This document shows, one piece after another, positions 16,534 through 37,919 of a stretch of 64,000 bases of DNA. This stretch comes from Paraspadella gotoi (lineage: Eukaryota; Animalia; Chaetognatha), in assembly GCA_051294375.1 (NCBI GenBank), contig CM119264.1, positions 11,507,832 through 11,571,831 on the forward strand, written 5' to 3'. How positions within the stretch are numbered: position 1 is the stretch's first letter; every line of letters begins with the position of its first letter. The translations under genes were made by a program, and so were the position numbers. The notes under the pieces are model-generated. The model did no database searches and was not told the origin of the DNA. It was given only the letters and a program-made list of their open reading frames with translations.

Positions 16534-19366
16534 ATGGCCGATGCCAGTGAAAACGCAGCCGTAGAGGAAACTACTACCGAGGCGCCCGCCTCTGATGCCC
16601 CGGAGACGACAGACGCTCCAACAACTGACGCCCCTGCTGAAGATGGAGGTATATCTTAGTCCGTGACGATTTCGCCTTTTTAATTTCTGTCTTGACATAT
16701 CTTTTAAATACCAGAAGCCATGCAAACATCTGAAGAGGGTACCGAGCCTGCTCCTCCCGTCAGCGAAGATGTGCAAAAGCTGGTCGAGCACGATCGAGAA
16801 GCAACGGAGGCGGCGCCGAAGAAAACGCCGAGGTTGTCCAGCATTTTGCGTGCATTAGGTTAAATAGTGTTAATAGTTAAATTCTCTACATAAATGATTT
16901 TTCTTTTTAGGGTTGAGCTTCAGAGTTTGCCTACTCGGGCTTATCTTGATCAAACTGTCGTCCCTATCCTCCTGCAAGGTTTGTGATTATTTAGTGGTTT
17001 AATAATTTTCTAGAGAACCTTTACTGGGGTGGGACCCTATATCGAGACAAAATTGAAAAAATGATTACTCTAGAGCTCTTTTAGACGATATACAGTCCTG
17101 TGCAAAAAAAACCGCGCCATTTTATTTCAGACTTTAAAAATCACCCTATAAACTTGAATTTTTAAATGTGATATAAAGTTTATTGAAAGATGATAAGTTT
17201 GGTATAAATTTTATTAAAAGCTGAACAAAAAAAATTCTGATAGATTTAGGACTAGTCTTTTTTCTTCCGATATTTTATAATACTTGAAGATTTAAAAAAA
17301 AATCATGGTTCGGCATGGAACCGGGATTCTTCATGGTTCTTCCCCACCAACAAAGTAGCATCTGCTCAGCAAACGCGAAATCTCCCGAGAGAGAACCGAA
17401 AGAGGATCTCTTCCTCTTCCCCTCCCCTTCTCTTCCCCCTCCCCTCCACTACCTCAGCATGCAAACCTCAACTAGCAAACCTCAACTAGCAAACCAAGAG
17501 AGGGGAATCTACCGGCGGGGCGCCACGCCCACTTGACCGGACGTAGTAGAAGGGGGGATGAGAAGCCGCAAAAACCAGTCCATGGACGAAAACCGGGTCT
17601 AGAAAACTGATGGCCAGATGAGGTGACGGCCGAAAGAGCTGTCGGGCAATCAGTCGGCGTCCCTGAAGACCCACCCCTGCGCTTGGGAGGCGGCGAAGAC
17701 TTGCGAGGCGGCGAAGACTTGCGAGGCCTGTAGGGACAGCTAGCGGGACGACGCAGACTGCCATGCCCACGCTTGTGGCTAGCAGAACAGGCGCAATTGT
17801 GCGGTGCCCCAGAGTGGAAAAGCAAAGAATGAAACGTTTGAGTGACGTCTGTGGAATGGTCTCCGAAAAGGAACGCCATGGAGGGCGGAGAACTGAACAA
17901 AACTGTCTTGAGATCCGAAGGGGCAGCATTGACTACCATGTGCCGAGTCTCAGAGAGGGCCGTGCCAAAAATCGCCACCATACCAGATGAGCCGTCTCCA
18001 AGAGGTTTGGCAAGATCGTCCGGGCCGACAAGTCCCTCCACTCCGAAGGCTGCACACGACGAGACAAGAAGTTGTCAAACCCCTCAACTGACTCTTCAGA
18101 GGAGGAACCCTTCTCTGATTCGGAAGCAGAGGCGTTCTCGTTGACTCGCGCAGATCGAGCTTGATGAGGCAGGTGTGACCCAGAGCGTGAAGGTGTTTGT
18201 TGGTGGGGAAGAACCATGAAGAATCCCGGTTCCATGCGGAACCATAAATTCTATCATGTAGTTTTTCCCCACCAACAAAGGAGCCTGTAACAAGACCAGG
18301 CGAAGGCCCAACAAAACAAACAGTCGAGTTAGGTGGGGCACAGGAGGAAAACCCCTCTGTACGCCGAATGTACTCCAAAAAAAGGCGAAGAAAAAACGAA
18401 AGAGGAACTCGCCGCCGAAGACTGTCCAACCCAGAACGAGACGAGCGGCGAAACTCCTTAAATTCGCGACAAACGCTAGAGAAAGCGTCGCTAATTTGGA
18501 AAAGGATGCCCTCCATCTGAGAAGGCACATTCCGGAATGGCTGGCGCCTCAGTGAAAAAACGGGCAAACGAAGGGGCGAGATAACAATCTTCCCCCCGCA
18601 GCCACGTATGGTGCATACAGGGCAAACAAGGGGGCGGGATCAAATCCTCCCCCCGCAGCCACGCACGACGAAGACGAAAAAGAGGCGGCCGTGAAGAGAA
18701 CTCAAAAACAAACAAAATTCGCAGAATTAATTCAAACAAAATAAATTCAAAGAATATTTTTGAAAAAAACAGAAGTGAGCGCGAAAGCGCGAACAGAAGA
18801 AGTGATTCTGACTCGTGGCAGCGAGGGAGGGGAGGCGGTAGAGAAGGGGAGGGGAAGAGGAGATCCTCTTTCGTTTTTCTCTCGGGAGATGTCGCGTTTG
18901 CTGAGCAAATGCTCCTTTGTTGGTGGGACATTTTGATACATCTTGATAGAATGGTCGAGATAAAAATGGCGAACAAAATGAGATGAATCGATTTTTTGAA
19001 ATCAGAAAAGCGAATGGAATCGAATTGGTTAATTGTACAAAGTGGCATTCATTTTTATACGGTGAGAGAGAAAATTTGGTTTACATTTGTAAAGTAAATA
19101 ATTCTAAAAATACTTCCAACTTTGAAAACATCCACGACGCCTTGTAGTTGCTTAAATTTTTTATTATTGTATATAAAAGTAAAAAGACCAAAAAAATTTT
19201 CCCCTCATTTTATTATTGTGTATCAAATCGTTGTACTTTTTCGAATTATTTCTTTCCTTGTTATCCTTTAACAGGCTTGTCGCAACTGGCGAAAGAGCGC
19301 CCTCCTAACCCGGTTGAATGGCTATCTGCCTTTTTATTGAAGAATAAAGGCCAATTTGACGAATGA
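16534..19366 (+). CDS. DPY30: DPY-30 homolog (COMPASS subunit). Exons 16534-16648, 16715-16832, 16911-16978, 19275-19366
   Basis: [48 protein letters not shown] is the Dpy-30 motif; splice phases are consistent. Confidence 0.95.
17300..18929 (-). mobile_element. Non-autonomous element with DIRS1-type ITR/ICR architecture inside DPY-30 intron 3
   Basis: Inverted repeats at ~17342-17447 and ~18824-18927. The internal block 18196-18284 reproduces the junction of both element ends. No RT or YR ORF recognised. Confidence 0.7.
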
Positions 19367-20826
19367 AGTGTCAAGCTTCCATACGAGTATTTTTGGTTGT
19401 TTCATTTAAAAAACGGAATATATTTAGTGTAAGAGCTTCTCCGTCGTCATTTTTTTCACAAATTTCATTGTATTTCAACACTGTAAAATGATCATCGTTT
19501 TCTTTTTTGACATGAATTTTCATACACATTCCCTTTCTTTTAAATTAGATTAAAATATGGTTTATGATAAGTTGTACTAATTAAATGATATTTTTGCCAG
19601 ATTTTTCTCGTAGATTTTTGTTTAATTGTTTTTGGGATAGGAACTTCAAAAATTAAAATTGCTAATTTCCATCGAAAACCTGTAAAACATTTTAAAATGT
19701 TTAGTGCTTACAAAATTTTCGCCATGCAGATTGCAGATAGTCATTAGCCGGTTAAAGTCGTGCCAGGATTATACAAAACCGTCTAGAACTCTGCAAAAGT
19801 TTTTCAGACATTTACTTTAAAGGAACGAGTTCTGAAAAGAAAAGAAAAAATGGAAGATGTTTCAAAAGATATGCTTTGCTGCCTCCCCTCCCATATTTGA
19901 ATTTGACAATTCTTTTTAGGTTTTTTATAGTAACTCTCCCAATCTCATTTAGTCCAGAGAGGGTTTTGGTAATATTAGGGGGAGGTTTTAATTTTGGAAG
20001 AAAGCATGTTGGTTGGTTTACAAACAACTTTTTATGAGATATCTAAATCAGGCCTGAAAATTAAAAAAATTATAAAAACAATTTTTGGTCTTTACTATCT
20101 ATAAGTACATATTCAAAAATTAATTATTTGGGTATTGAGCCATATAAGAAATTGTTTGTCCATTGTAAGTATACTTAAAAAAGTATAAATTTTTATTTGA
20201 GGGCTAAATTTTGGCATTTTATGAAAAATTATTTAAAAATATTTATTTTTTAAAAAAAAATTTAAAAAATTATTAGCTAATTACTCTAACCCTAAACCCT
20301 CATTAGGGCATATACTCACTCTAAATTCTTGACTGGCTTCAGTGAGTGGGGCTACCCTTAATATAAGGGGTACGACCAAATTCCGTCTCGAGAAACAAAA
20401 GAGCAGGAAGGTTTCTCTCCAAGCCGCCAAATTGGTTGTACTCAGAACTGTGAACCCAACTCTCTCAATTCGAGAGTGTGTGTTTCTTCATTCCTCTTCT
20501 TTCCTCCGCTCTCCTTTTTCCTTCACCAGTGAAAACGAACTCGTGGTAGCAATGGCATCGTTACACTAAAATCTTCTGAGAGCGGCTTTGCAACGTTCCT
20601 GACGATGATCATGCTTCGTGATTTCGCGTCGCTTAATGTTTAATGCTTCTTTTAGTTTTAAATAAGAGCTAAATATGTACTTACAGACTTTTTTCAATTG
20701 AATCGTTTATAGTTTTTCATTTTTCTTTTGGAGACAAGGTCAATGATATCGTAAATTTCGTCAACGAACCTTCTCCAATAGTTCTCTTAGTATTACGTTG
20801 AAAATTTGTTCGCCAAAATCTTGTAA

Positions 20827-25879
<5,053 letters not shown>

Positions 25880-27203
25880 TGTTCCACCAGATTCTCCCTA
25901 AATATTCAGCCATTAGGTTGTATTAACCTAAAGAAAATATTCTTTTTTTAAAATTCGTTCGAAATTAAACTTGGTTATAATGTTAATAAAGCGAATTTGC
26001 ATTGCCATTTTCGAGCATTGCCCAGGTAAACAAATTCATCTAGTTTTATCACCATTTTCATTTTCTCTTGCAGTTTAGGAGGCATCCGCCGTAGATAAAC
26101 TAAAATATTTAATATTTGATAGTTGTATATCGTTTTAGTGGATATTCTAGTTTTATTATTGAGCCTAACATATCAGCGATTTTTGCACAATTCTGTCTTA
26201 AGGGCTGACGTAGAAAATCGTATCCCGGGAAGGACAAAGTGTTATTCATAATGGATCGTATTTAATTAAACATGTATTTATCATTATTCTAATTAGCACC
26301 TATTGTGGATAAGGCATAAAACTAATATACATTACGTAATTCAAAGGTGAAATTAATTGACCGAAAAAATTTAATTTGCTCAAAACTATTTTTTTTAAAT
26401 ATTGATATGGTCCGTTTTATTATTAATTATTTTATTATTAATTGTGTAATAAAATTGTTTACCTAATTTGTTCGTATTAGAAGTGAGAAGATATACGTAA
26501 CCCCTTTCGGCACTCATAAAAATACCTTTACACAATACATTCCTATTATATTAAATTTAGTGCAGCTGCCTCGTAAATTGTGGTCCATTTTAATTCCTTC
26601 GATTTTTATTTGTGATGTCACTTTAAATTTGTATTCTCTGTGCCTAATATAGTGAACTATAATTCTAGTCTTAACTTTTTTATTTGTCAAAAGTAAATTA
26701 CAATAATCCTATTTATTCGACGATTTATTATTGAACGGGCGAGTTAATGTGCTGTATTACAATACTCAACTTTAAGTTTGAAAGCTTGTGGAGTAGAAGA
26801 AACTTTTTTGTATTCTGTAAGCAAAAATTATCTTTTTGCAATAAAGGAATCTTAGTGAATAGCTCTTTCTAAAAAAGATTTATAATTTTATACGTTCTCA
26901 CGCCTGCTATCCTAGTTAGAATTAAAATGATGTAACAGTTTTGAAACCACGTCGGAAACGCACCAAGAGACTTTAATGAAGATTTGAAACCTATATCATG
27001 GAGTTTGATCGCTCTACGTCGTCTCATCAGTTTGTGATAGCTTTTCGGCTGCCTCAGATTTTTACAGTCAACGGAAGCCTCTCGGTCGCCTCGAGATAGG
27101 TACATTCCGCTTTTAGTTGTCTTCAATTATTTTTGACAGCCTAATTAACTCTAATCTCTTTTTAATTAGTTACGACGTTAATTGTATTTTTTCAACCATC
27201 GAC

Positions 27204-31109
<3,906 letters not shown>

Positions 31110-31518
31110 TCCCTAAATAGGACGAATCTTAATTTAACATTCCTTTTATTAACCGTGTTTTACGGTTTTCTCTGCCTTGTCAGTTACCTAAATTGTGTAA
31201 AGCTTTGACTATCGTAATTTTTGTTATTGCTTGTTACATTTAGTAGTACCTAATAGTTAGTATTTTTATTTACTAGTCTTTAAAAGGAAACCGCTTGTTG
31301 GCGAAATAATACATTATTACCTTATCAATGAACCTCGTTTACTTATTATTTCTGTTTACGTCTAGTCAATACGTACTACTTTCTCAATTCAATTTCAAAA
31401 GGCAGTGTAGTCCCATCTGATGTGCGTTTATTGCAAGGAACATGATACAAGATGTACAGAATTAAAGTGGCGAACAAAAAATCAATATGTACAATAAAAA
31501 GGCGATCGGAATATTCGT

Positions 31519-33790
31519 TCAAAGCGCGGTATCGCCATTCGTGACAGGAGGCGCCTCCGTGAGCGAATCCTCCTTGGCCGCTGCTTCTTCCTTCTTTTTC
31601 TTTAGCGAAACTTTGTTCTTTTTTTTCGCCGGGGTCGTCGTCGGTGTCGTCGAAGTCGCCGGCGCGGCCTGTGGGATTTTCGAGGGAGAGGAATTCGTTT
31701 ATGGCTTGGTGACTATGTCAAGGAATTGTGATCGAAATGTGCCCTGGTCGATGTCATCATAGTCATTATCGTATTGAGTATTATTTCTTTTAGTTTTTGT
31801 TTTCATCGGCTCGAATAATTTTGATCCCGTGGAATCAACGAATTTTGAGAAGGCGATCGATAGTGTAAAAGAAAACTTGCCGCTTGAGATTCTATTCATT
31901 GCTCTTTTTTGGCTTTTTGTGGGAGGAATAAATATATATAGTTTCAAGCCAGTTACATGATACTTTCTGAACATATTGTTTATCAGAATCGAAATCTTCA
32001 ATACGCACTGTCGAGGGAAACTCAATTTTACCTTGGGTGGTGCTGCGGAGTCATTCAAGAGCTTATCGTTGGTCACGGGCGTTTGCTGACCAAGAACTAC
32101 CAAGTAGCCCATGCAGTGATGAATTCTGTCCACCAATTCGTGAAGATCTTTCAGTTCTCCAATGTCGGGCACTCGTTTGTTGCGGTATTTAATGATTTCG
32201 TCGGAAACCTAATAAGAATTAAATACATTTTGAGATCGAGCAGTCTCCGACCTCCTCGGTTTTAATCCCGATTTACATCAGAATCGAAGGATTTATTTTA
32301 ATTCAGATAAGATAAAATGATTTCTAAGAAAGATAGATATGTAGCAGTGCCACAATAGTATTTGGGGACTTTTCAAAAACTTTTTCGCGGTACAGCTGTA
32401 CCGCTGTACCGCTGTACCTACTACAGGTAAATATGAAAAGAACGAGATAATAAGAAAGGAGATTTAAAATCTTATAATTGCATTTAGTTACTCATTTCCT
32501 CTACTAAAACGAATGCGTGAAAGTTTTTTTTTTTTTTGCTGCGTTCTTTACTTTACTTTTCCTACCTTTGACATGGTTTCCAGCCTTTCCTTGTTTGTGT
32601 TGTCCTTGACTAGCTGGATTTCGTCGAGCTGCATCTTTATCTTGTCTCTCCACTCGTCCTCATTGTCCATTTGTTCCTTCATCTTGGCGATCTCTTCCTT
32701 CAGCCTTTCGATCTCTTCTTCTTTTGTCCTCAGATCAAAGCGGAGCATCTCGTTCTGCTTGTCTGACTCTGTCAGCTGTTCCCGAAGGTTTTCGATCTTA
32801 TCTGAAAAAAAATGACCTACTGTTAGTTTTGATGGTTAAATTAGTTTTCGTTCCAGGAATGCCATGGAATGATACCCTTGAGATCGTCAACTTCTTTTTT
32901 CTTCGTGTCTTCGAACATGTCCTTCTTGGAGGTTAGGAAATCGTTCTTGATGTTGGAGACTTTGGCTTCCCATTTTTCGTCTTCTTTGAGGAACTCTTCT
33001 TGCAGTCGCGTGATGAAGAGGTCGTCCTCGCGAGTGTCGTCAACCATTTGCAGCAAGGTTCCCTCCAAGTTCTTGCACAGATCCTTCATCTTAAAAAATT
33101 AAATAATTAAATTTAATCAGCGAAACTGAGACTGGTTTCCCAAAAAAATTCGCCGCGCGTTCCTGTTTTAATTTATGGCGACTTGTGGTTTTCGATTCAT
33201 TGAAGGAAGGTACATAGTGAATTCGAAATTTAAAAAAAAAATTCCAAGAAAATATTTGGTTGGGAGGTTCGGTGAGTAGGGTTTAGGTCCAAAAGTTAAT
33301 GATGACTTTACTCACGTTTCGTATACTACTAGATTGGTTGCTGGTTTGAGGATACAGCCGACTTATCTGAAGAATATGGCCGCGAAAACGATTCGGAAAG
33401 TTTTATCCCATACCACTCTTCCCAAGAATTCTCGTACGCTTCTAAGAAAATAAACTTACTTTGGTTGTGTCTATTTTGACTTTCGTTGTGGTTGTAGGAA
33501 CTGTCACTTTCTCTTCTTTGGTGACCGTCGTCTTTTTCACTGTTGTTCTCGATCCTGCCGTCACTGTCGTTGTGGCGCTTCCACTTCCCGCAGTCACCTC
33601 GACGCCATTCTGAATGAGAGTTTTTTTTTGTAAAGTTTGAAAATACCTGGCCAATTAACGTGGTTTTACCTTCGTATAATTTTAAAGTAGATTTTTACAA
33701 AATTATTGTCGTTCTTATTAATTAATCAATGAGAAACAATAATAATTCAACTTTGGATCTATCCATGGCTACCTCTTTCGTAGCTTCCAT
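31519..33790 (-). CDS. Uncharacterised coiled-coil protein with Thr-rich N- and C-terminal tracts (approximate exons 33790-33773, 33609-33460, 33366-33316, 33089-32876, 32801-32566, 32208-32032, 31668-31519)
   Basis: Phase-consistent GT-AG exon chain with E/K-rich heptad text (DKIENLREQLTESDKQNEMLRFDLRTKEEEIERLKEEIAKMKEQ). No family recognised; the start is tentative. Confidence 0.65.
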
Positions 33791-34320
33791 CCTTGCAAGG
33801 TGCACGATTTTAATCCTTCAGAAATTCCAAAGAGTATCTTTGAATTCGGAGGCTCTCAAAGGGGTTGTAACGTTTAACGACCAGTCGTAAAACTATCGAA
33901 AAGTAAGCGGCTTTGATTCCTTATTTTTTTCCAATCCTTCGATCCGACGGAGCACTCAAGGATTTTAAACCTCTTTAGACGAAATATTGTTGATCTTTCC
34001 AATCTCTGTTTCTGTTTCAACACGAAGTAAAAGGAACGGAATCGAGAGTTTTTAACAATTTTGATCCCTTTCAACTTACGGGTTACTTTTCCCGAGGAGA
34101 TGACGATGACGGAGTAAGGAGTAATATTGTAAAAAAACAGTTTGAAAAATGATCGAACGGAAAGTGCTGTTTGTTTTGCAAATTTTGATAGTCGTAATCC
34201 AAAGCAAAGCCGTTTTTCGATTCAAAATTCCTTTTCTTTTTTTTTTCTTTTGCTTGGGCGAACCACCAATGAGAGGAAGGCGCACGATGATCGAGAGAAA
34301 AGGTAAGGCTGAATCGAGGA

Positions 34321-34330
34321 NNNNNNNNNN
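34321..34330. other. Assembly gap (10 N)
   Basis: Run of n. Confidence 1.
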
Positions 34331-35574
34331 GGTTGAAGCGAGCAACCAGTTTTATCAGTTCCATCACTAAATTTGTTTCCATCAAATCACTTTCGTTAGT
34401 TATATCTATTGAGCTCATTATCTTATCAGCAAAGGTTAATGAAGTCGAGAACCCAACCTTCTTCATCCGCTTCGCCTTGAGCGATGGGAGGCCAACAATG
34501 CGAGCTGACGACATGAAAATGAGGAATGTCACGCGACGACGACGACGGAGACGATGACGATTTATATACATGGGGTCACCGAGACGGCCCACTCTTTGAG
34601 TCTCGATATTTATTTGTCACGATATGGACACAAGATGAAACTACTCTAACGAGAAAAAAAAAAGTTTTGATAAAATCGTACAAGTAAAAATAATATAAAT
34701 TTAAAAAAATACAAATTTTTTTCTTTTATATTTTACATAATTACTACTATAATCAATCAATTATTCATACCCATGATGACTACGAAAACTATAATAATAA
34801 TCATACTAACAATAATAACTTTTATAACGGCGACAATAACAACAATAATACCTGCAATAAGCAAAAAAATATTTAGAATATAGTTTTTAAAAAATATGCA
34901 GTATTAAGTATATTTAACAAATAGTATTCGAAGAATAAGATGAAAAGAATAGTTAACAATGTTCTGATGTTATTTTTATTTTATTATAATATTTTCGATG
35001 ATTAGGAATAAATAATTTTTTTGTAAAAATGTGAAATGTTGTTATGTTGTTATGTTGTTATGTGCTAACAAGTTGGATCAATGACTCCTATTGACTTGCT
35101 GCAATGAATAAATATATTCATGTCTTGGCTTTGTTTTTAGCTTAGGAACATTATAATCGTAGTGAATAATATTGAATATTTTTTTCTTCATAATCATTTT
35201 CAACTTATTTCGACAAATTTTGTACTAAAATTAAAAGTCGAACTTGCTTCATTTTTTAATTGTATTTTTGTATTTTCAAGTCCTTACTGACCGATAATAA
35301 GTGGATGCCAGTGATGGAACTTCATTAACGACTATCTACATAACTTAGGTACTACCCAATGGGTAGACCACAGAACTGTCTGCAAGGTGTCCACAGTATC
35401 CTGACTCAATTACAATTATTTATGTAAAAATATTTGAAAATTAATTTAAAACCCGAGTTTGTTAACAAAACATTATCTTTTTTTAATGAGAACTATTCAA
35501 ATATCAAGCTACTGCATTAACGTCATAACGAGATTAAACAAACTTTTCACGCAAACTTCGTACAAGGTTCTACC

Positions 35575-35648
35575 CAGGGATGTGGAGCCGACCTAATGTT
35601 GTCTCGGCTCCAGCTCCGAGACAACATTAGGTCGGCTCCACATCCCTG
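35575..35648. mobile_element. 74-bp hairpin MITE of hAT type with 8-bp TSD
   Basis: Perfect 33-bp arms CAGGGATGTGGAGCCGACCTAATGTTGTCTCGG around an 8-nt loop; TSD GTTCTACC at 35567-35574 and 35649-35656. Confidence 0.88.
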
Positions 35649-35987
35649 GTTCTACCAATATCAGTAGGGAAAACAAGTGAAGGAAAAGCACAAGATACAT
35701 AATTTCGGTCGGAGAAATTGACTAATAAAATTATTCGCGGAGCTTTTCGTCCTATTTGTGCTTGCTTCGGATAATTTTTTTAAAAAAATCTTTAAAAAAC
35801 TGGTTGGATTAAATTGGTTGACAGGATTTGTTTTACTGATACCTACATGAAGTAACGTTCAAATTTTTTTTTACATAAAAAATTTATTTCACTGCAATGA
35901 GGGGGGAAGCTTTACAAGGTTGACGTTTTTTGATGATCAACTGCATAATACAATAGGATGATTACATTTTTTATTTTTTATTGCTCA

Positions 35988-37919
35988 TTAAGATTTTTTT
36001 GGATGATGAATCGTCATGTGCCTTGACAGATTTTTTTCTCCTTCCACAGCGATGCCACATTGATCACATATACATTGAATACCGGCATTATGCATTGAAA
36101 CATGTCTTGCCAAATTCGACTTGGATTTTTCAACAGCGCCACATTGTTCGCATTTGTAAGGTTCATTATTATTATGTACTGACAACATGTGTCGTTTCAA
36201 ATTTTCCTTCGTTTTAAATGCTGAATCGCATTGTCCACATTTGAATAGATCATCCTGAGAGTGAGCGTGCACCAACATATGTCTTTTTAGGTTATACATT
36301 TTGTTTGCTTTATAATCACACTGATTGCATTTGAATGCCTTACTGCGAGGCTTAATATTCTCATGCCTTAACCTATGTAGAATCAAATAAGAATTTTTTT
36401 TCGTTGCAAAATTGCATTGATTACATCGAAATGGCTTAACAGTAGAATGTACAATCAAATGTCTTGAAAAATACATTTTCTTTTTTGTTTCATAATTACA
36501 GAAATCACATTTGTAAAGTTTATCACCAATTTCACCATGAATTACCATATGTAATTTTAGTTCGCTGTAATTTTTTGATGTATAGTTACATTGATCGCAA
36601 TTTAATGTTTCATCATGACGTCTTAGGCCATGCTTTTTAAGATCTCTTCGTGTTTTTGATGCATAGTCACAATGACCACATTTAAATGGTTTCTCATCAC
36701 TATGTGTTATTAAGTGTTTCCTGAGATCAGATTTATACTTTGCTGAATAATCACATTCTACGCATTTATATGGCAAATCATTCCTATAGCTATTCTTTTT
36801 TTTAATGGAATAATTACACTGAACAGATTTGAATGGCCTCTCAGTATTAACGTTTACATTATGTATTACCAAATGTTTCGTGAAAAGGATTTTTGATTTT
36901 GTTTCATAATCACACTTCTCACATTTAAAATTGAAATGCTTATCCTTATGACCTAAGATATGCAACTTAAGTTCTTTGTTAGATTTCGTCACGAAGTCAC
37001 ATTGATCACATTTGAATGTTTCATCATGGTGTTTTAAAGCATGTTGTTTTAATGCTGGTCTTTTTTTGGTGGCATACTCACAACTACCACATTTAAATGG
37101 TTTCTCATTGCTATGTATTAACATATGATTTTTTAATTTCTCTTTTGTAATTGTCGCATGATCACACAGAGAGCATTTAAAGGGTTTTTGATGACTATGG
37201 TTAAACAAATGTTTCTTCAAATATTTTTCTGTTTTAGCAGCGTAATCACAGTAAGGGCATTTAAATGGCCGAGGTTCGTGTTCTTCCAAGTGTTTTTTAA
37301 GTTCAAAATCACTTTCCATAATAGATGTACAGTAATAACATTTAAGCACCTTTTTAACATGTTTCAACATATGATTCTTTACTTCACAACTGGTTTTTGC
37401 CGCAAATTCGCATTGATAACATTTATATGGTTTATCATCGGAATGTTTTCTCATGTGACCCGTCAGGCTTCTCTGCCTTTTTGACGTATATTCGCATTGT
37501 TCACATTTGTAAGGCTTGGCATCACTATGCTTTACCATATGTCTTCTTAGATCTTTTTTTACTTTTGCCGCATAATCGCACTGATTACACTTGAACGGTC
37601 GGTCTTCCTTATGTCTTAATCGATGATCTCTCATTGATTTTTTATCTTTACTTGAAAATTCGCACTGATCGCATTTTTTTGCATAATGTTTCGCCATATG
37701 CCTTTTAAGCGTTGCTTCAGTTGGTGCGGCATAATTACATTCTTTACATATAAATGATTTAACAGCAAGATGTGTTTTCATATGCGTTTTCAGATGTGTC
37801 TTCGTTTTTGCAGCATAATCACATTGATCGCATTTAAAAGGACGTTTTGAGTTCGATACATAATTATTTTTTTTACGTTTTATTGGGCTTATATCACGTC
37901 TGATTCCGGATCTGTTCAT
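35988..37919 (-). CDS. Intronless multi-C2H2 zinc-finger protein (21 intact fingers plus 1 degenerate)
   Basis: 643-aa ORF of CxxC-x12-HxxxH repeats with HSDEKPFKC-type linkers; no effector domain seen. Confidence 0.93.
   Translation of the reverse strand: MNRSGIRRDISPIKRKKNNYVSNSKRPFKCDQCDYAAKTKTHLKTHMKTHLAVKSFICKECNYAAPTEATLKRHMAKHYAKKCDQCEFSSKDKKSMRDHRLRHKEDRPFKCNQCDYAAKVKKDLRRHMVKHSDAKPYKCEQCEYTSKRQRSLTGHMRKHSDDKPYKCYQCEFAAKTSCEVKNHMLKHVKKVLKCYYCTSIMESDFELKKHLEEHEPRPFKCPYCDYAAKTEKYLKKHLFNHSHQKPFKCSLCDHATITKEKLKNHMLIHSNEKPFKCGSCEYATKKRPALKQHALKHHDETFKCDQCDFVTKSNKELKLHILGHKDKHFNFKCEKCDYETKSKILFTKHLVIHNVNVNTERPFKSVQCNYSIKKKNSYRNDLPYKCVECDYSAKYKSDLRKHLITHSDEKPFKCGHCDYASKTRRDLKKHGLRRHDETLNCDQCNYTSKNYSELKLHMVIHGEIGDKLYKCDFCNYETKKKMYFSRHLIVHSTVKPFRCNQCNFATKKNSYLILHRLRHENIKPRSKAFKCNQCDYKANKMYNLKRHMLVHAHSQDDLFKCGQCDSAFKTKENLKRHMLSVHNNNEPYKCEQCGAVEKSKSNLARHVSMHNAGIQCICDQCGIAVEGEKNLSRHMTIHHPKKS

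Noticed and set aside
17472-19048. 150-205 aa ORFs as transposase or RT
   Set aside because: No gag, RT, RNase H or recombinase motifs recognised; consistent with GC-rich non-coding element interior.
26995-27045. Hammerhead ribozyme (CTGATGAG on the minus strand; also ctgatgag at ~22687)
   Set aside because: No stem II closed by GAAA and no matching stems I/III.
34083-34592. 169-aa ORF across the gap
   Set aside because: Spans Ns; may contain a short orphan exon, but frame and gene cannot be determined.
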